Assembly: GCA_964016885.1 (NCBI GenBank)
Contig: CAXHJY010001629.1
Location: 53,362-117,361 of the forward strand
Source: Eledone cirrhosa
Taxonomy: Eukaryota
DNA: 64,000 nucleotides
Direction of reading: 5' to 3'
Under the pieces are notes generated by a model, which saw nothing but the letters and a program-made list of their open reading frames with translations, was not told the origin of the DNA and ran no database searches. Of the stretch, positions 1-12,651 are shown one piece after another. A program made the translations under genes and the position numbers. How positions within the stretch are numbered: the stretch's first letter is position 1; each line of letters starts with the position of its first letter.

Positions 1-1529
1 ACCTACACGATCTCATTTGTTTCGGCCTGGATGGCGCGGCACCAACATAACTTTACATAGAATGGGGTGGTGTGGATGGGGTGAGGGTGGTGGGACGGGG
101 TGTATTTTGTTAGAGATGCCTACTGGCTGGAGTAGGTTTTACTATATATTTAGGTAAGGCGGGTCTTCTCTGTTACTGAGTACCGCCAAAGGTCTCGGTC
201 CAGTGACATTGTCTTGGAGAGGTGTAAGTGTGTGATGTCGGAGTTTATCAGCTCGTCCCAGGTTTTTCTAGGTCTGCCTATTCCGTGACTACCGTCTATC
301 TTTATTGCCCTGCACTTTGTTATACAGCTATCGACTTTCATGCGCATCACGTGTCCATACCAACGTAGCCTTCTCTCGAGTAAACAACATCTGATCCCTC
401 TTATCTCTAATTTTTTCCTTAGTTCGTTTATGCTTTGCCGTTCACGTATATTACTGTTACACATTCAGCGGAGCATGCAAGCTTCGTTCCTCTCTAGTCT
501 GCGTATATCCTCTGCACACAATGCCCAGGTCTCACTGCCATGCAACATTGCTGTTCGTATGCAGGCATCGTACAACCTGCCTTTCATTTTTAGGGAGAAC
601 CCTTTAGCAGCTAATAGTGGTATAAGCTCTCTGAACTTTTTCCAACCAGTTCTGACTCTAGCTACAGTACTTTCAGAGCACCCTCCCCCACTGCTGATTT
701 TATCGCCCAGGTAACGGAAGCTGTCCACTATTTCTATAGAACCCTCTGCGCAATTGAAAGAGCTAGTATTTTGTGGGCACTTGCTGCTACTTATTGCACC
801 AGAACACCGGCCACATGTAAAATCTATGTTCTTAGTTAGCTTACCTGTGATCCCACTACATCTTTTATGCACCCATACTTTGCATTTAGGACATAAAATG
901 GAGTTTCTACCTACGCCTTTCCTACACACCGAGCACGACCATTTCCCAGAAGGGACCGCCGCCTTGTTTTCTTTCCTACAAACTAGAACTTTGGTCTTAG
1001 CCAGGTTAATTTTAAGTCCTTTTGACTCTAGGCCGTGCTTCCATGTTTGGAATTTCTTCTCTAGCTCGGCCATTGATTCCGCTATGAGTGTCAGGTCGTC
1101 TGCGTATAGGAGTTCCCATGGGCAGCCTGTCTTGAACTCCTCTGTTATAGCCTGAAGGGCAATAATAAATAGTAGGGGGCTGAGAACAGAGCCCTGATGG
1201 ACGCCAACTTTTACGCTAAACTCTTCACTATATTCGTTGTTAATTCTAACCTTGCTGACTGTTTCTTTATACATGGCTTGTATAGCCCTCACAAGCCATT
1301 CGTCAACGCCTAGTTTTCTAAGAGCCCACCAGATAATGGAGCGGGGGACTCTGTCGAAGGCTTTCTCCAAGTCGACAAAAGCTAAGTAGAGGGGTTTACC
1401 TTTAGCTAGGAACTTCTCCTGTAGTTGTCGTACTATGAAAAGAGCGTCTGTGGTGCTTTTGCCTGACACAAACCCGAACTGCATTTCATCTAGGTCAATT
1501 CTCTCTCTGATTAGTTGCGCTATTACTTT
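1..1529 (-). mobile_element. RTE-clade LINE, 3' half of the RT ORF plus 3' UTR; one premature stop
   Basis: ORF 465-1484 has non-LTR RT motifs QFGF, FVDLEKAFDRV, GVHQGSVLSPLLF, YADD, INLAKTKV, FRYLG. It continues in frame through TGA (465-467, at the expected Trp) into ORF 150-464 with the RTE C-terminal LRWYGHV..GRPRKTW..DRDLWR. Confidence 0.93.
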
Positions 1530-1530
1530 T

Positions 1531-2445
1531 TAATAATAATAATAATGAAATTATTGTGTACAGTGCTCAGGTGCACTACAACTCATCAAAGGTGCATAGA
1601 TGTACAAATGCCAGGAAATGAACAGTGTACGAGTCATGAAATACATGTGTGCGTGTGTAGGGAGGGGGGACAGCAGGTGTAGTGTTGGCGAATTTCAGGA
1701 AGCATGGAGGTTTTAAAGGATGCATTGTCTCGACAGCTAACAACTGATGCAGGGAGTTTATTCCATACTTCAGCGACTCTGAGCATGAAAAAATGTTTCT
1801 GAAAGTCATGGGAACTGCGTTGTTTTCTGACTTTGTAGGCATGTCCACGGGTGTTAGACACATGGAATTCATAAAGGTGCTCAGGGTTGTTGTTGGCAAG
1901 ATGGTTAATAATTTTGTGGGTGTTTATCAAGTCAGTTGCCAGACGTCGGAGCTTCAATGTATCCATGCCCAGGGAAGCAAGGTGTTCAGAGTATGGTAGA
2001 TGCTTGATGGAGAGTATTCGCTTGGTTGCATGTCTCTGAACAGTTTCCAGGCAGTCAAATTTCTGAGCAAGATTGGGGTTGCAAATTTTAAGTGTAGCCA
2101 CACCATAGCTATATACAGCTTTAAATAGATAGCTGGAGAGCGGTTGACAAAGGTCTTGCTGAGTGATGCTAAGACACCCTTGGCCTTCTTGACAATTTTA
2201 GAGATGTGTTTTGTCCAACGCAAAGCGCTGCTGACAGTAATGCCCAGGTCACGTTCACAAGAAGACTTCTTGATATTAGTGTTGTGGAAAGAGTATGCGG
2301 ATGCTGGGTTTTTATTCCCAAAATGCATGGTGGTACACTTGTCCACAGCCAACTTGAGTTGCCAGTCTGTGATCCATTGTTGCATTGTGTTCAGGTTTGA
2401 TTGCAGGAAAGATCTATAGGAAAGATCTGTGGTAACCTGGTTCAT
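1531..2445 (-). mobile_element. CR1/L2-type LINE, 5'-truncated and frameshifted
   Basis: Overlapping ORF pieces WQLKLAVDKC, ERDLG, LETVQRHATK, TRGHAYKV, RVAEVWNKLP. It ends in an (ATT)n tail abutting the RTE. A sister copy lies at 60335-60987. Confidence 0.88.
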
Positions 2446-2759
2446 TCAGTGACAAATCCAGGTTTCACTGCTCGACAAGCTGAAGCTAGTAAGCTGTGAA
2501 AGTATCACCCACTCTCCAATAAGTTTGTCCTCAAACCTGTAGTAGTGAAAACTTCTGGGATTCATGGTCTCTGAACCACCTCCTTACTCATTGGGAGGAA
2601 TTGGCTACCTGCAGGAATGAGCCCTGTAAGATGGAATGGCCATTCCAACACATTTCCCTTGCTATCCTCCAAGGCTTTTTCTATGCTGTCTGCTGCCTGC
2701 TCCCCTACACTGTCCAATGTTTGAACACACTTTTTGGATTTAAAGCAACTTAATATAGA

Positions 2760-3060
2760 AGACCCAGCTTCTCATGGGTACAAGCCAAAGCTGAAGCATA
2801 TAGACAGAATGCCCCCCCCCCCTCCAACTGTAAAGTGGTCGTGTAGGTGACATAACAAAAAGCACCCTGTACTGACTGTAAATGAGGTTGATGTTAGGAA
2901 GGGCATCCAGCTGTAGAGATCAAGCCCTAATCAGTTCTGTATAAGCAAGACATCGGTCACCTGCCCAGGCATTGCCTACAACAGGACAACTCATCTAGCC
3001 CATGCTAGCGTGGAAGAATGGACGTTAAACAGTGATGATAAGGATGATGATATGATGACA
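2760..3060 (+). mobile_element. RTE-type 3'-tail SINE or LINE 3' UTR fragment
   Basis: gttaggaagggcatccagctgtag...catgctagcgtggaagaatggacgttaaac followed by a degenerate (GAT)n tail. An inverted homologue is at 41810-42070, and the tcgtgtaggt motif is shared with the RTE 3' UTR at 1-10. Confidence 0.65.
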
Positions 3061-3989
3061 CATTTGTAAAAATATCTTACTGTCTACTAGCTGGAACAAG
3101 TGACTTAAAGGTATTCATGTTTCACATAATTTTGCTTAGTTCCACTTCTGCTTACATGTATTCTATAATGGAATTCTGTATTTGGTCATTGTAGACACCA
3201 AACATAATTACACCCTTATGCATTTCATCAGGATGAAATTTTGTGCAGTCATAGGATTGCCAAATTTCTAGATGAATACAAAACATATACTGGTGATGAC
3301 TAATGTAATGGTGTAATGGAACACTTTAGATACGCATCTTCTACATTTGGAAACCTCTGTGTACTAGCTCAATCTTCCTCAAATCACACTCAATTAATCT
3401 AAGTTTCTATAAGTATACATTGTTTGCTTTTATTTACAAATAGGTAGAGAGGAAAAAATGGGTAAGGAGAAAGAGTTAAAAATATCTAAAAAGGAAACTT
3501 GGGGACAACCCTTTACATCTTTGGCATTGCAGATAAAATGGCAAAAGCATCATTGCAAAGAAGAGTTAGAGAAACCTGGTGCATCAGCTATTCAACCTCT
3601 GGTGAGATGTTCTCTTCCTGATTTTGTGGAGGAAAATGTCAGTATAGGGGCTGAGGACACTGGAGGCCTTAATGACAACCAGCACATTATGGAAACTGTC
3701 AGTCCAAGCCAGGGGCTTAGTTAGCTAAAATATCAGTATAAAACTAATCCTTTTTTTACAAGATCTGCTTGAAGAAAGGTGGAATATATTCTGAAAGGTA
3801 GGTATGTTGCTTGGCTTGAATTGGGAGAGAGATGATATATATGTTATCATCACTATTGTCATTGTTTTTCATCTGCTTTTCTATGCTTGCATCGGTTTGA
3901 TAGGTTTTTTCCAGCACAGCTTCCCTCACTGCATTGTGGTCCTTTATCATCTCCCCTGTAATCTTCACTGATTTGAGATCAGGTTTTAC

Positions 3990-5760
3990 AACCACTGCCT
4001 AGGTCTTCTTCGGTCTCCTTCTACTGCAGTTTCCTTCCCCTGCCCATATCAATGCAGTCGCCTGTCCAGCGCACTACATTTGATTTCTCTTATACCCAGA
4101 TTTTCTTTCAGCTCATTTATGCCTTGTTCATTCAAGCATCATTGAACATCCAGTGGAGCATGTTTGCTTCATTTCTCTCCAGCCTTTGCATATCCTTTGC
4201 ATTCATTGCCCATGTTTGATTTCCATGGAATACTGGCCTTTCGTTCATAGAGAGAAAACCATAGTTGTCAACAGAGGCTGTAACTCCCTGAAAGTTTCCA
4301 AGTCTGTTCTTATCCTAGCTACTATGCTTTCAGAGCAACTGCCTCTTACTGCTAATTGGGTCAACTAGGTAGCAAAAGCTATCAACCACTTTTATGGATC
4401 GTTCATCTTCCTGCAATCCCACTACACCTTTAGTGTACCCAAGTTTTACATTGTGTACATTGTATAGAATTACTCCTTGCTCCTTGTCTACATATTGAGC
4501 ATGACCACTTCCATGTCTTCTTTCCTACTTCCCAAGTCTTTGCAGTTTACTCTTAGTCCTTTTAATTCTAAGTGTTGTTTTCAAAGCTGAAATTTCTTCT
4601 CTAGCTAATTCAATTATGAAAACCAGGTTGCCAGCATATAAGAGTTCCCATTGTCTCAAACTCCTCAGTTATGGCTTGGGGGGCTATAATAAATAGAAGT
4701 GGTTGAGATGGGGTTCCTCTGAACTGTCTTTAGAGTAACGTTACTCGATAGAGTGCGTAGCTCAGAGATCAGAGAGTCACTCCAGGTAAAGCTGCTGCTT
4801 CTCTGAATTGAGAGATCACAGCTCTGATACTATGGGCATGTGGTTAGAAAAACCGACCTGTAGGAGACCCAGGGGTAAACCATGAGCAAGATGGTTGGAT
4901 AACATCCAAGAGCTTGGCTGGTCTCACTTAGGGATCCAGCCAAACCAGTTGGAGATGGTTGTTTCTGATAGGACCCACTGGTGTTTGAAGACTTTGCCAC
5001 TACAGCCCTCTCAGGAATAAGTGGGCAAAAAAGGAGGAGAAGAAGAAGAAGAAGAAGAAGAAGGGTTGAGGAATGAGCCTGATGAATCAGAGAGGGCTTT
5101 GGGGGCAAAGTCCTCAAACACTCCTTCCAGCGGTTCCTGTCAATAAACTCATTACCAACTCTCATTTTACTGACAGCACCTTTGTTTATGGCCTGCACTG
5201 CTCTCACAAGCTGCAGTTTTCTTAAGGATCACCAAATAACCGATTATTGAACATTAGGAACTTCTCTTGTAGTTGTCTCACTAAAAATATGGCATCTGTG
5301 GTGCTCTTTTCTGGCACAAAACCAAATTGCAACAAATCTAATTTGACTCATTTCCTTTTTAGTTGTGATAAAACTCTTTTTGTCAGTCTCATAGCTTGGT
5401 CCATCAGTTTTATACCACTTTTGTTGCTCCTGACTTGTGCATCACCTTCTCCATTGTAACACTTAATGAGTATATCACGATACCAGTCATTGGGTATGAC
5501 CCCATCATGTATCACCCGATTGATTATGTGTGTGACTAGTTCAACTCCTGCTTACTCAGAGGATTTCAGCATTTTAGTCCAGTAGCTTTATCATTTTTCA
5601 TCTCCTTGATTGTTTCTTTGACTATAACTGCCAATTTTGATAGCTGGTCCCAACTTTTACTAATCTCTCTTCCTCCCACTCATCCTCCACATGCATTAAT
5701 CTCTCATAATAGCATTTACAGGACTCTGTCTTTTGTGTGTCAGAGGTTGTAAAGACAGGA
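3990..5760 (-). mobile_element. Older degenerate RTE LINE, same group as 1-1529, interrupted by a nested insertion
   Basis: Remnant motifs QFGFVPEKSTTDAIF, IHQ..PLLFII, KWSCSICRQGARSNSIQCTQCKTWVH and an R..RPKKT-like C-terminal motif, with many stops and frameshifts. Confidence 0.8.
4708..5063 (+). mobile_element. Nested 5'-truncated RTE-type 3' fragment with (AGA)n tail and TSD
   Basis: IERSQL.YYGHVV..RPRGKP..RWLDNI remnant. The (AGA)n tail is at about 5035-5063, and ggttgag is duplicated at 4701-4707 and 5064-5070. Confidence 0.75.
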
Positions 5761-5799
5761 AACTGTTGGCATCTCTTGTGCAAGTGTTCATCCTTTGAA

Positions 5800-6205
5800 C
5801 TGTAAGAATGTTTTACAAATTTTGAAGGTTCCAGATATGGCGGCCATTTCTAGCTTATAAATTAACCCTTTAGCATTAAAACTGGCCATATCCAGCCAGA
5901 ATTCTCTCATCTCTTTCTGTTTAAACTGGCTGTAACCAGCTGCTTATACTGATGTTAAGGTATTTTTCTCAAAATAAATAATATCAAAATCTCATAGATT
6001 CGATATTATGTGAGACAAAGTGTTTACCATGAAAATATAATAGTATATATAAAGTAATGTAAATGTTAAAGGGTTAAAGAGCGACATTCTTTCTCCACAA
6101 ATCCAAGCTCAGTTATACTTTGGTCCAGGAGAATTGGTATATAACCCGCAGCTCCAATACTGACTGGTATGAAGCAAGGCATATATCTAGGATACTGGAT
6201 CTGCA
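5800..6205 (-). mobile_element. R4/NeSL-like RLE retrotransposon C-terminal fragment, copy 1 (contains the MITE)
   Basis: YPRY..FIPVSIGAAGYIP..LDQSITELGF; similar to 6320-6480. Confidence 0.65.
5866..6073. mobile_element. piggyBac-type MITE
   Basis: TTAA|CCCTTTAGCATT ... AATGTTAAAGGG|TTAA. The paralogous sequence at 6324-6480 lacks the insert (empty site). Confidence 0.85.
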
Positions 6206-6319
6206 AACTGTATGTATGTATTAATGTACGTTCTCTTTTTCTTAATTTTGAGTACATTTTTGACCGGCCACCTTCCTGGTGACAAGGTTGTAAAAGAAAA
6301 GAAATTGTCATCCCTTGAA

Positions 6320-6870
6320 TCGCAAGAATGTTTTACAAATTTTGAAGGTGACAGCTATCGCAGACATTTGTAGTCTATGAATTAGGGAGCTGCATTCTTT
6401 GTCCACAAATCCAAGTTCAGTTATACTTTGGTCCAAGCGGGTTGGCATATAACCTGTAGCTCCAATAATGATGGGTATGAAGCTGAAGGTGTATCAGAGA
6501 TGTCCTTCCTTCTCCTGTATTTTTCTTACACCGTTGACATCAAGTGGGCAGCTGATCTCTACAAAAAAGCATGTTTTCAATGTGTGGTCCTAAACAACAA
6601 TATCAGGCCAGTTGTGCTTTAATTTGGTGGTAGTTTTTATATTCAGGTTCCACCAGTATTCCTTAGTGCCATCTGTCTCAACATATTGCTCCTCATTTGT
6701 TTTTAATTTTGTTTTCCTAAGTGCATTCCAGGTAGTTCTAGCTATTACATCGTGTCTCATAGTAATGAGACAACATTTTTCCGCTGTTGGCAACAATGTG
6801 GCTAACATCTTTGATTTACAAAGCCTACATTTATTCTCGACTGATGGCCCTCCTCTTTTGTGTAGCAGAT
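6320..6870 (-). mobile_element. R4/NeSL-like RLE retrotransposon C-terminal fragment, copy 2
   Basis: RHDVIA..YWWN..KHNWPDIVV (RHD plus PD endonuclease motif) and FIPIIIGATG..TFKICKTFL. Confidence 0.75.
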
Positions 6871-6885
6871 ATTTGGTAGAGATTA

Positions 6886-6961
6886 TGTATGTATGTATGT
6901 ATGTATGTATGTATGTATGTATGTATGTATGTATGTATGTATGTATGTATGTATGTATGTA
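6886..6961 (+). repeat. (TATG)n microsatellite
   Basis: Perfect tetranucleotide array. Confidence 0.95.
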
Positions 6962-7194
6962 TTAATGTACGTTCTCTTTCTCTTAATTTTGAAAACTCTG
7001 ATATAACACCTGCAACCCTGATGGTATCCAATGATGTTGACTTGTTCTTCTTTTTGGTAAATATCATCTTGGTTAAGAGAGTGGGACCGGCTTTGTGCAG
7101 TGCCTTTGCTCACTATTAAAGCTTCACGGCACAGGCATTGCTTTGTATCTGGAGATCTCTCTGCACTTGTCGTCACATGGTACCATGGGCCCAG

Positions 7195-7372
7195 CACTAT
7201 GTGTCAATAATTGTCACAAGTGTAGTGTTTGTACCAGAGTTTTCAAGCCGCTGGCTGGACTAAAAAGTCACACTCGTTCAGCGCATCGGTAGGGGTTCTC
7301 CTACATGGATATAAAGTAGTGGCCGTACTCGAAAACGAGTTGGCAGCCACCATGTAGGTATGTATGTATGTG
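7195..7372 (+). mobile_element. RTE/BovB-like 3' end with C-terminal C2H2 finger
   Basis: HKCSVCTRVFKPLAGLKSHTRSAHR* followed by a short UTR and a (TATG)n tail. Confidence 0.55.
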
Positions 7373-7479
7373 TGTATATATACACCTATATATATATACA
7401 CCTATATATATTATGTGTGTGTGTGTGTATTGAACAATGAACACAAAACAAAAGTCAGAGATAAGTATTTAATTAGTTC

Positions 7480-7870
7480 ACTGTTTTGCGATCAAGATAC
7501 AGACAGACAAGAAATTAGAACACAATAGGCCTGACCTGGTGGTTTTGGACAAGGAAAAAAGATCGTGCCTGATTGTAGATGTAGCCTGCCCCTTTGTCAC
7601 GAGAGTGCAAGAAAAGGAGAAGGAGAAAATTAACCGATACAAGGTCGTCCTGATTGTTATAGGAGCACTAGGTACTATCTCAAAGAGTTTTCAAGGATGG
7701 TTAAAGAACATTAGTCCAGTCCCCTTCAAAAGGCATGCTTGCTGGGAACAGCAAGAACCCTCCAATACGCCCTGGATATCTGAGGTGCAGGTAGTGGCTT
7801 GATGTTTATTTGAACAAACTTTCCAGTTAAATAACATCAATGACTGAGACGCCAAGAAAATAATAATAAC
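7480..7870 (+). mobile_element. R4/Dong-like restriction-like endonuclease fragment
   Basis: TDKKLEHNRPDLVVLDKEKRSCLIVDVACPF..EKEKINRY..IVIGALG, followed by a (TAA)n-like tail. Confidence 0.8.
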
Positions 7871-7975
7871 AATAATGGTTTCAATTCCAATTACTTGCTC
7901 CATGGGAGCAGATTTAAATCTACTCCCGTACAAACAAGTCTATTCGATCGATTTTAAAGTCTCTTATAGGATTAC

Positions 7976-8015
7976 TCCCTTGATGATGGGTTTTTAAACC
8001 TGAAAATATTTGGGA
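7976..8015 (+). ncRNA. Minimal type I hammerhead motif, probably inactive (C3U)
   Basis: tccc-TTGATGA-tgggtttttaaacct-GAAA-atat-TT-ggga; stems I and II pair and stem III is palindromic. Confidence 0.55.
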
Positions 8016-8161
8016 TCGTTAAATTTGCTGAGGTAAGATTCTTTTGTTATCTTAGCAATTTAACGATCTTCATAACACATTGTGTTGGTCTTCAAAATTT
8101 AAATTTGTGTTTCCTATTAAACAATGCTTCAAGCAAGCTATAAAACTCTGTTATATATACA

Positions 8162-8790
8162 TCTATACTATAAAGCTGACGGCCGTATGTAGGTAACAAA
8201 CTTTCCGCCAAACCGCTGGACCAAACAGCACCAAATTTGCACCATAGATGTAATTTTTTCCAAGTAAAAAAGTGAGGGTATTTTTGTCTACTGAATTTTG
8301 CTAAAAGATTAAAGACATTATTTAAATATTCACTTCTTTAAAATTTCAAATGTTAACACTTCCGGTCATACGTCATTCCTCACCTTTTCTTATGACGTCG
8401 CACAACATTCCTCTCTTTTTCATAGTCTGTCTTTTTAGATAGATAAATAGTTATAACGTAACGCCTTTATAATATGTATCTGTATGTCTGGCTGTCTGCA
8501 TTAGATAACGTTTTTCGAAATATTTACTTCTGCGTTCACAGACGGATTTCTTTAGTTTCAGAAGACCCCGTTAAGGGTGAAAGCAGCGATTCTTTGCTTA
8601 AAATTTAATCTGTTATTTTAATATATATATTCGTGTACAGATATTTTTGCATACACAAAAACAAAAACCTATTTATTTCACGAAAGCACAGACGGCTTAT
8701 CGTCATTGTTACTGTTCGAGATTAGAGGACCACAGTCTTTCCAAGATCTGAGAACCATCAATGGCAATCAATGTTCCACTTACCGTTTGA
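8162..8790 (+). mobile_element. Helitron 5' end plus RepHel coding remnant
   Basis: A|TCTATACTATAAAG start; LLLFEIRGPQSFQDLRTINGNQCSTYR matches the RepHel motif. Internal segments are shared (inverted) with 15318-15390 and 49091-49205. Confidence 0.75.
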
Positions 8791-10392
8791 CGAATGATGA
8801 TTATAAAGACAAGACGAGCTTTAAAGGAGGTGGAAGTGGAGCCAAAATAGGTGAAGGAATTGGTGTCAGTTATAACTTTACATTCGTAAATTAAGTTTTT
8901 ATCAAGACAATGGTTGTTGAGAGCACATTTATTTTTAGCAGGGCAATTGCAATTGCGATTAGAGAGATTATTAACGAGTGACCTAGTGTTATCTATAGAA
9001 GGAATTGGATTGGAGAAGTTATTGGCGATAGGAATAATAGTTTCTTGATTTAGAGTGGGATTAAGAACATTTAGCGAAGTTGTGTTTGACGTTGTATTTG
9101 GGTTTGCAGAAATTAGCCTAGAGTTTACAATGACGTCGGGAGTACTATTACTATTATTATGATATTCATTGAATTTGATAACAGCATCAAACTAGCTAAT
9201 TTCTTGGATGTATCTCTTAATCTTGACACTGGCCTAAAACAATGAGAACCTAAATTATGTTAATTTTAAATCTAACCACCCTACCAATATTAAGAATGCC
9301 ATAGTTAGTAATATTGGAAAAAGAATATCTAACCTATCTTCTAATAAAAACATCTTCGATGCTAACGCCAATTACTATAATAACGCTCTTTCTAAAGCCG
9401 GCTATCCTGATAAAATCAAATATAATAAAGAAACAAATTCTAGAAGATCTTACAGTAGAATAATTAATCATGATCATTCCAATAACTTTAATAAAAGACC
9501 TAGATACAAAAACACAATCTGGTATAATGCTCCTTTCTCCATCTCTATTAATAATAATATTCCTAAATTATTCTTTAGTGCCTTAAATAAATGCTTCTCT
9601 CCCTTACATATCTATAGTAAAATATTTAACAAACACACTATAAAATTTTCCTATTCGACATCCTCCAACATTATCTCTAAACACAACAATAAGATAGTAA
9701 ATACTAAATCTCTTCCATCCAACACTGAATATCATAATAATAGTAATAGTACTCCCGACGTCATTGTAAACTCTAGGCTAATTTCTGCAAACCCAAATAC
9801 AACGTCAAACACAACTTCGCTAAATGTTCTTAATCCCATTCTAAATCAAGAAACTATTATTCCTATCGCCAATAACTTCTCCAATCCAATTCCTTCTATA
9901 GATAACACTAGGTCACTCGTTAATAATCTCTCTAATCGCAATTGCAATTGCCCTGCTAAAAATAAATGTCCTCTCAACAACCATTGTCTTGATAAAAACT
10001 TAATTTACGAATGTAAAGTTATAACTGACACCAATTCCTTCACCTATTTTGGCTCCACTTCCACCTCCTTTAAAGCTCGTCTTTTAAATATAAACTTAAA
10101 AGAACCAACACGGCTCTCTCAGAACTCATATGGTCCTTGAAAGACAAAAATATTAAATATAACATCTCTTGGAAAAGGGTTTCCTCTGCTTCTTCATACT
10201 TGAACAGTTCTCTATCCAAGACTTGCAATCTCTGTCTAAATGAAAAATTTACCATTATTTCTAATTTAGATTCTATAATAAATAGACGCACTGACTTGTT
10301 TTCTATCTGCTTGCATAAATTCCACAGAATTTTCCATAAAGTATACAGCTAATATGATAAACTTTATCAATTCAGAATCCTTTTCTCAAAGG

Positions 10393-10471
<79 letters not shown>

Positions 10472-10768
10472 TTCTTTAAAAATATACCCATCTTTCTACC
10501 TTATTTCAAAGTTATTTATTATATTTATTATATTCTACATCACTCCTAATTTCTAACCCCTAATCTGTACCTTTTCTCACTGTGCCTAACATAGAAACAA
10601 TTATTACACAATACACCATATTCTTACTTCATATCACCTTGAAAAAATCATTCGTAGACGTTAGATTATTCATCCTCTATTCATTATTTTTTTCTCCTTT
10701 TCATCTAACCTATTCATGCTCATCTCACAATATATCCTTACTTACATTACTTCTGTTTTTTTAATAAT

Positions 10769-10938
10769 ACATATCAACATTTTCTTTCCATCGCACATAT
10801 TATTAAACCCTTAAATATTATTCTTAATACATATTAACATTTTCTTTCCATCGCACATATTATTAAACCCTTAAATATTATTCTTAGTACATATTAACAA
10901 TTTCTTTTCATCGCACATATTATTAAACCCTTCAATAT
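10769..10938 (+). repeat. 60-bp tandem repeat, about 3 copies, in the PLE 3' UTR
   Basis: ttcttt(c/t)catcgcacatattattaaaccctt recurs with period 60. Confidence 0.9.
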
Positions 10939-11300
10939 ACAAACCTTAACTTTACATTATTTTTCTCTTCGTTAATTTTCAAATTCTTTTAATTTATACA
11001 TTATCTTCCAACGGTTTTTTCAACCTCTCTATGTAAAACAATACATTTTTCTCAGTTATAAAAGCTATCTCTCTCTCTCTATCACCCATCTCTCCTCCTA
11101 TCTCATCCTTCCTCACTATACTCCTCCCCCTCCACTTTTTACTCTCATCTCCTCCTCTTTTTCATCCTTTCCAACCTCACCCCCCCCCCTCTCAAAATTT
11201 TTCCCCCCAATATCACACATCAATCTAAAACTACTTTTCATATGTTGATTTAAAACTGCACTATCCACAAGTGTTTTTTAACCTTCATATCATGTCCTCC

Positions 11301-11371
11301 TATTTTATCTGATGAAAACACAAATGTTATTGCATGATGATATTTGTTTTTGAAATGCGCATAATAAAATA
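11301..11371 (+). ncRNA. Type I hammerhead ribozyme (PLE pLTR)
   Basis: tattttat-CTGATGA-[stem II hairpin]-GAAA-tgcgca-TA-ataaaata; 8-bp stem I and palindromic stem III. Confidence 0.85.
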
Positions 11372-11764
11372 CATGGAACTCATTTAACCATCTTTTGATC
11401 TTATATATTATGTATACTCCAGTCCTACAAACTGTAGAGTGCTTCTTATCCGATATCTGCATTGCTTTATTGTTCTACAATAAAACTCACCTCCTATATA
11501 TATAATATATATATGTTGAAAATAGAAATTGTAAGATAATGAAGTAATTGTAAGTAATTGTAAGATAATGAGGTAATTGTAAGATAAGGAGGTAATTATA
11601 TTGTATTGTTTATTATAGATTAAATATTTAGCTCTGTAACTTACATAGAGCACTCTTCATTCCTCTGACTTTTTCAATTTTCAACGGAAACTTCAATACT
11701 TATATATATATATTGAGTACTCTGGTGCGTTATGGTCCATCTGCTTCCTTACCACACCCCTTCG

Positions 11765-11840
<76 letters not shown>

Positions 11841-12339
11841 CTATAATAAAGGAAGGTCTGCGGGACTGCGTATGTTTTTTTTTATCCCGTTAGTAAAATA
11901 AGTTGGATTACTTTGAATAAATAATGAATGAATATTACATAATTTATCTACTAAATTTCGTAAACAAAAATAATTTTGTAAAAATAAATAATTTAAAATT
12001 GACTTCTTTTCAAAGTTGCACTTCCGGTATATCGTTGCCACCACCACCACTTCAACTACCATATATATATAGAAAGAGAGAGTGGCGATCACTTAAATAA
12101 ACAAACAAATTTTCTGTCACTAATTTTCTCCTAATGCAGTTTATATATAATATCGTCTTATTTTAATATATCATGGATTACGTTACTGATTACAAAAGAC
12201 AGTGTAACGCAGTTTCTCTTCAATTTCTGTGCATATTGTCAATTACGATTTTATTTGATGTATCATATTTACATGTATATATACTTGCGTATTATATCAA
12301 TATACACACTACACATGCTAGCAGAAAATCGCCCGAAGG

Positions 12340-12470
12340 TTTATTAGGTTCACGCTCCTGAGAGTGGGTGGATGGGTGGGGAACGACGTTTCGGGCATAA
12401 GCCCTTCTTCAGGATAAATAGGTTAGGAAGAGAGTTCCGAGGGTGTGTGGAAATACATTTTATATATATA
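12340..12470 (-). mobile_element. PLE pLTR fragment with HHR core at 12384-12412
   Basis: Minus strand reads CTGAAGA-agggcttatgccc-GAAA-cgtc; same family as 29063 and 32475. Confidence 0.75.
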
Positions 12471-12496
12471 TAAATGTAATATGAGGTTTTCGAATA

Positions 12497-12651
12497 TTAA
12501 TAATAATATTCGATTCGTTTCCAATTATGCAAACAGCCTCTTTTAAGCCATGTCAGTAGAATGAAACCATCATTCTTGCTCTTATGTTCTACTGACATGG
12601 GTGAAAAGAGGCTGTTTGCATAATTGGAAACGAATCGAATATTATCATTAA
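12497..12651. mobile_element. Hairpin MITE-like element, 65-bp arms, TTAA at both ends
   Basis: 12497-12561 pairs with 12587-12651; a second copy is at about 35634-35790. Confidence 0.7.

Larger units (their letters stand above)
8811..11494 (+). mobile_element. Penelope-like element (RT thumb, GIY-YIG, 3' UTR/pLTR) with 5' inverted duplication
   Basis: FLDVSL, SNHP, KRISNLSS, IWYNAPF, KIFNKHTIKFSYST, CNC..CPLNNHCL..IYEC..YFGST, CNLCLNEK. Segment 8811-9168 is the reverse complement of 9726-10083, and there is an HHR at 11301. Confidence 0.9.

Noticed and set aside
465-467. TGA read-through or recoding in the RTE ORF
   Set aside because: It sits at the conserved Trp (MLRW), so a simple TGG>TGA nonsense mutation is the most economical explanation.
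340-1155. Plus-strand ORFs over the RTE (similarly 45499-46209, 48690-49103 and 51287-51619)
   Set aside because: Antisense shadows of retroelement coding frames.
3444-3724. Possible host exon (88-aa ORF after a tttacaaatag acceptor-like site)
   Set aside because: No recognisable domain or partner exons; it cannot be supported without RNA-seq.
10769-10938. CRISPR-like array
   Set aside because: Head-to-tail tandem units without unique spacers, in a eukaryotic context with no cas genes.
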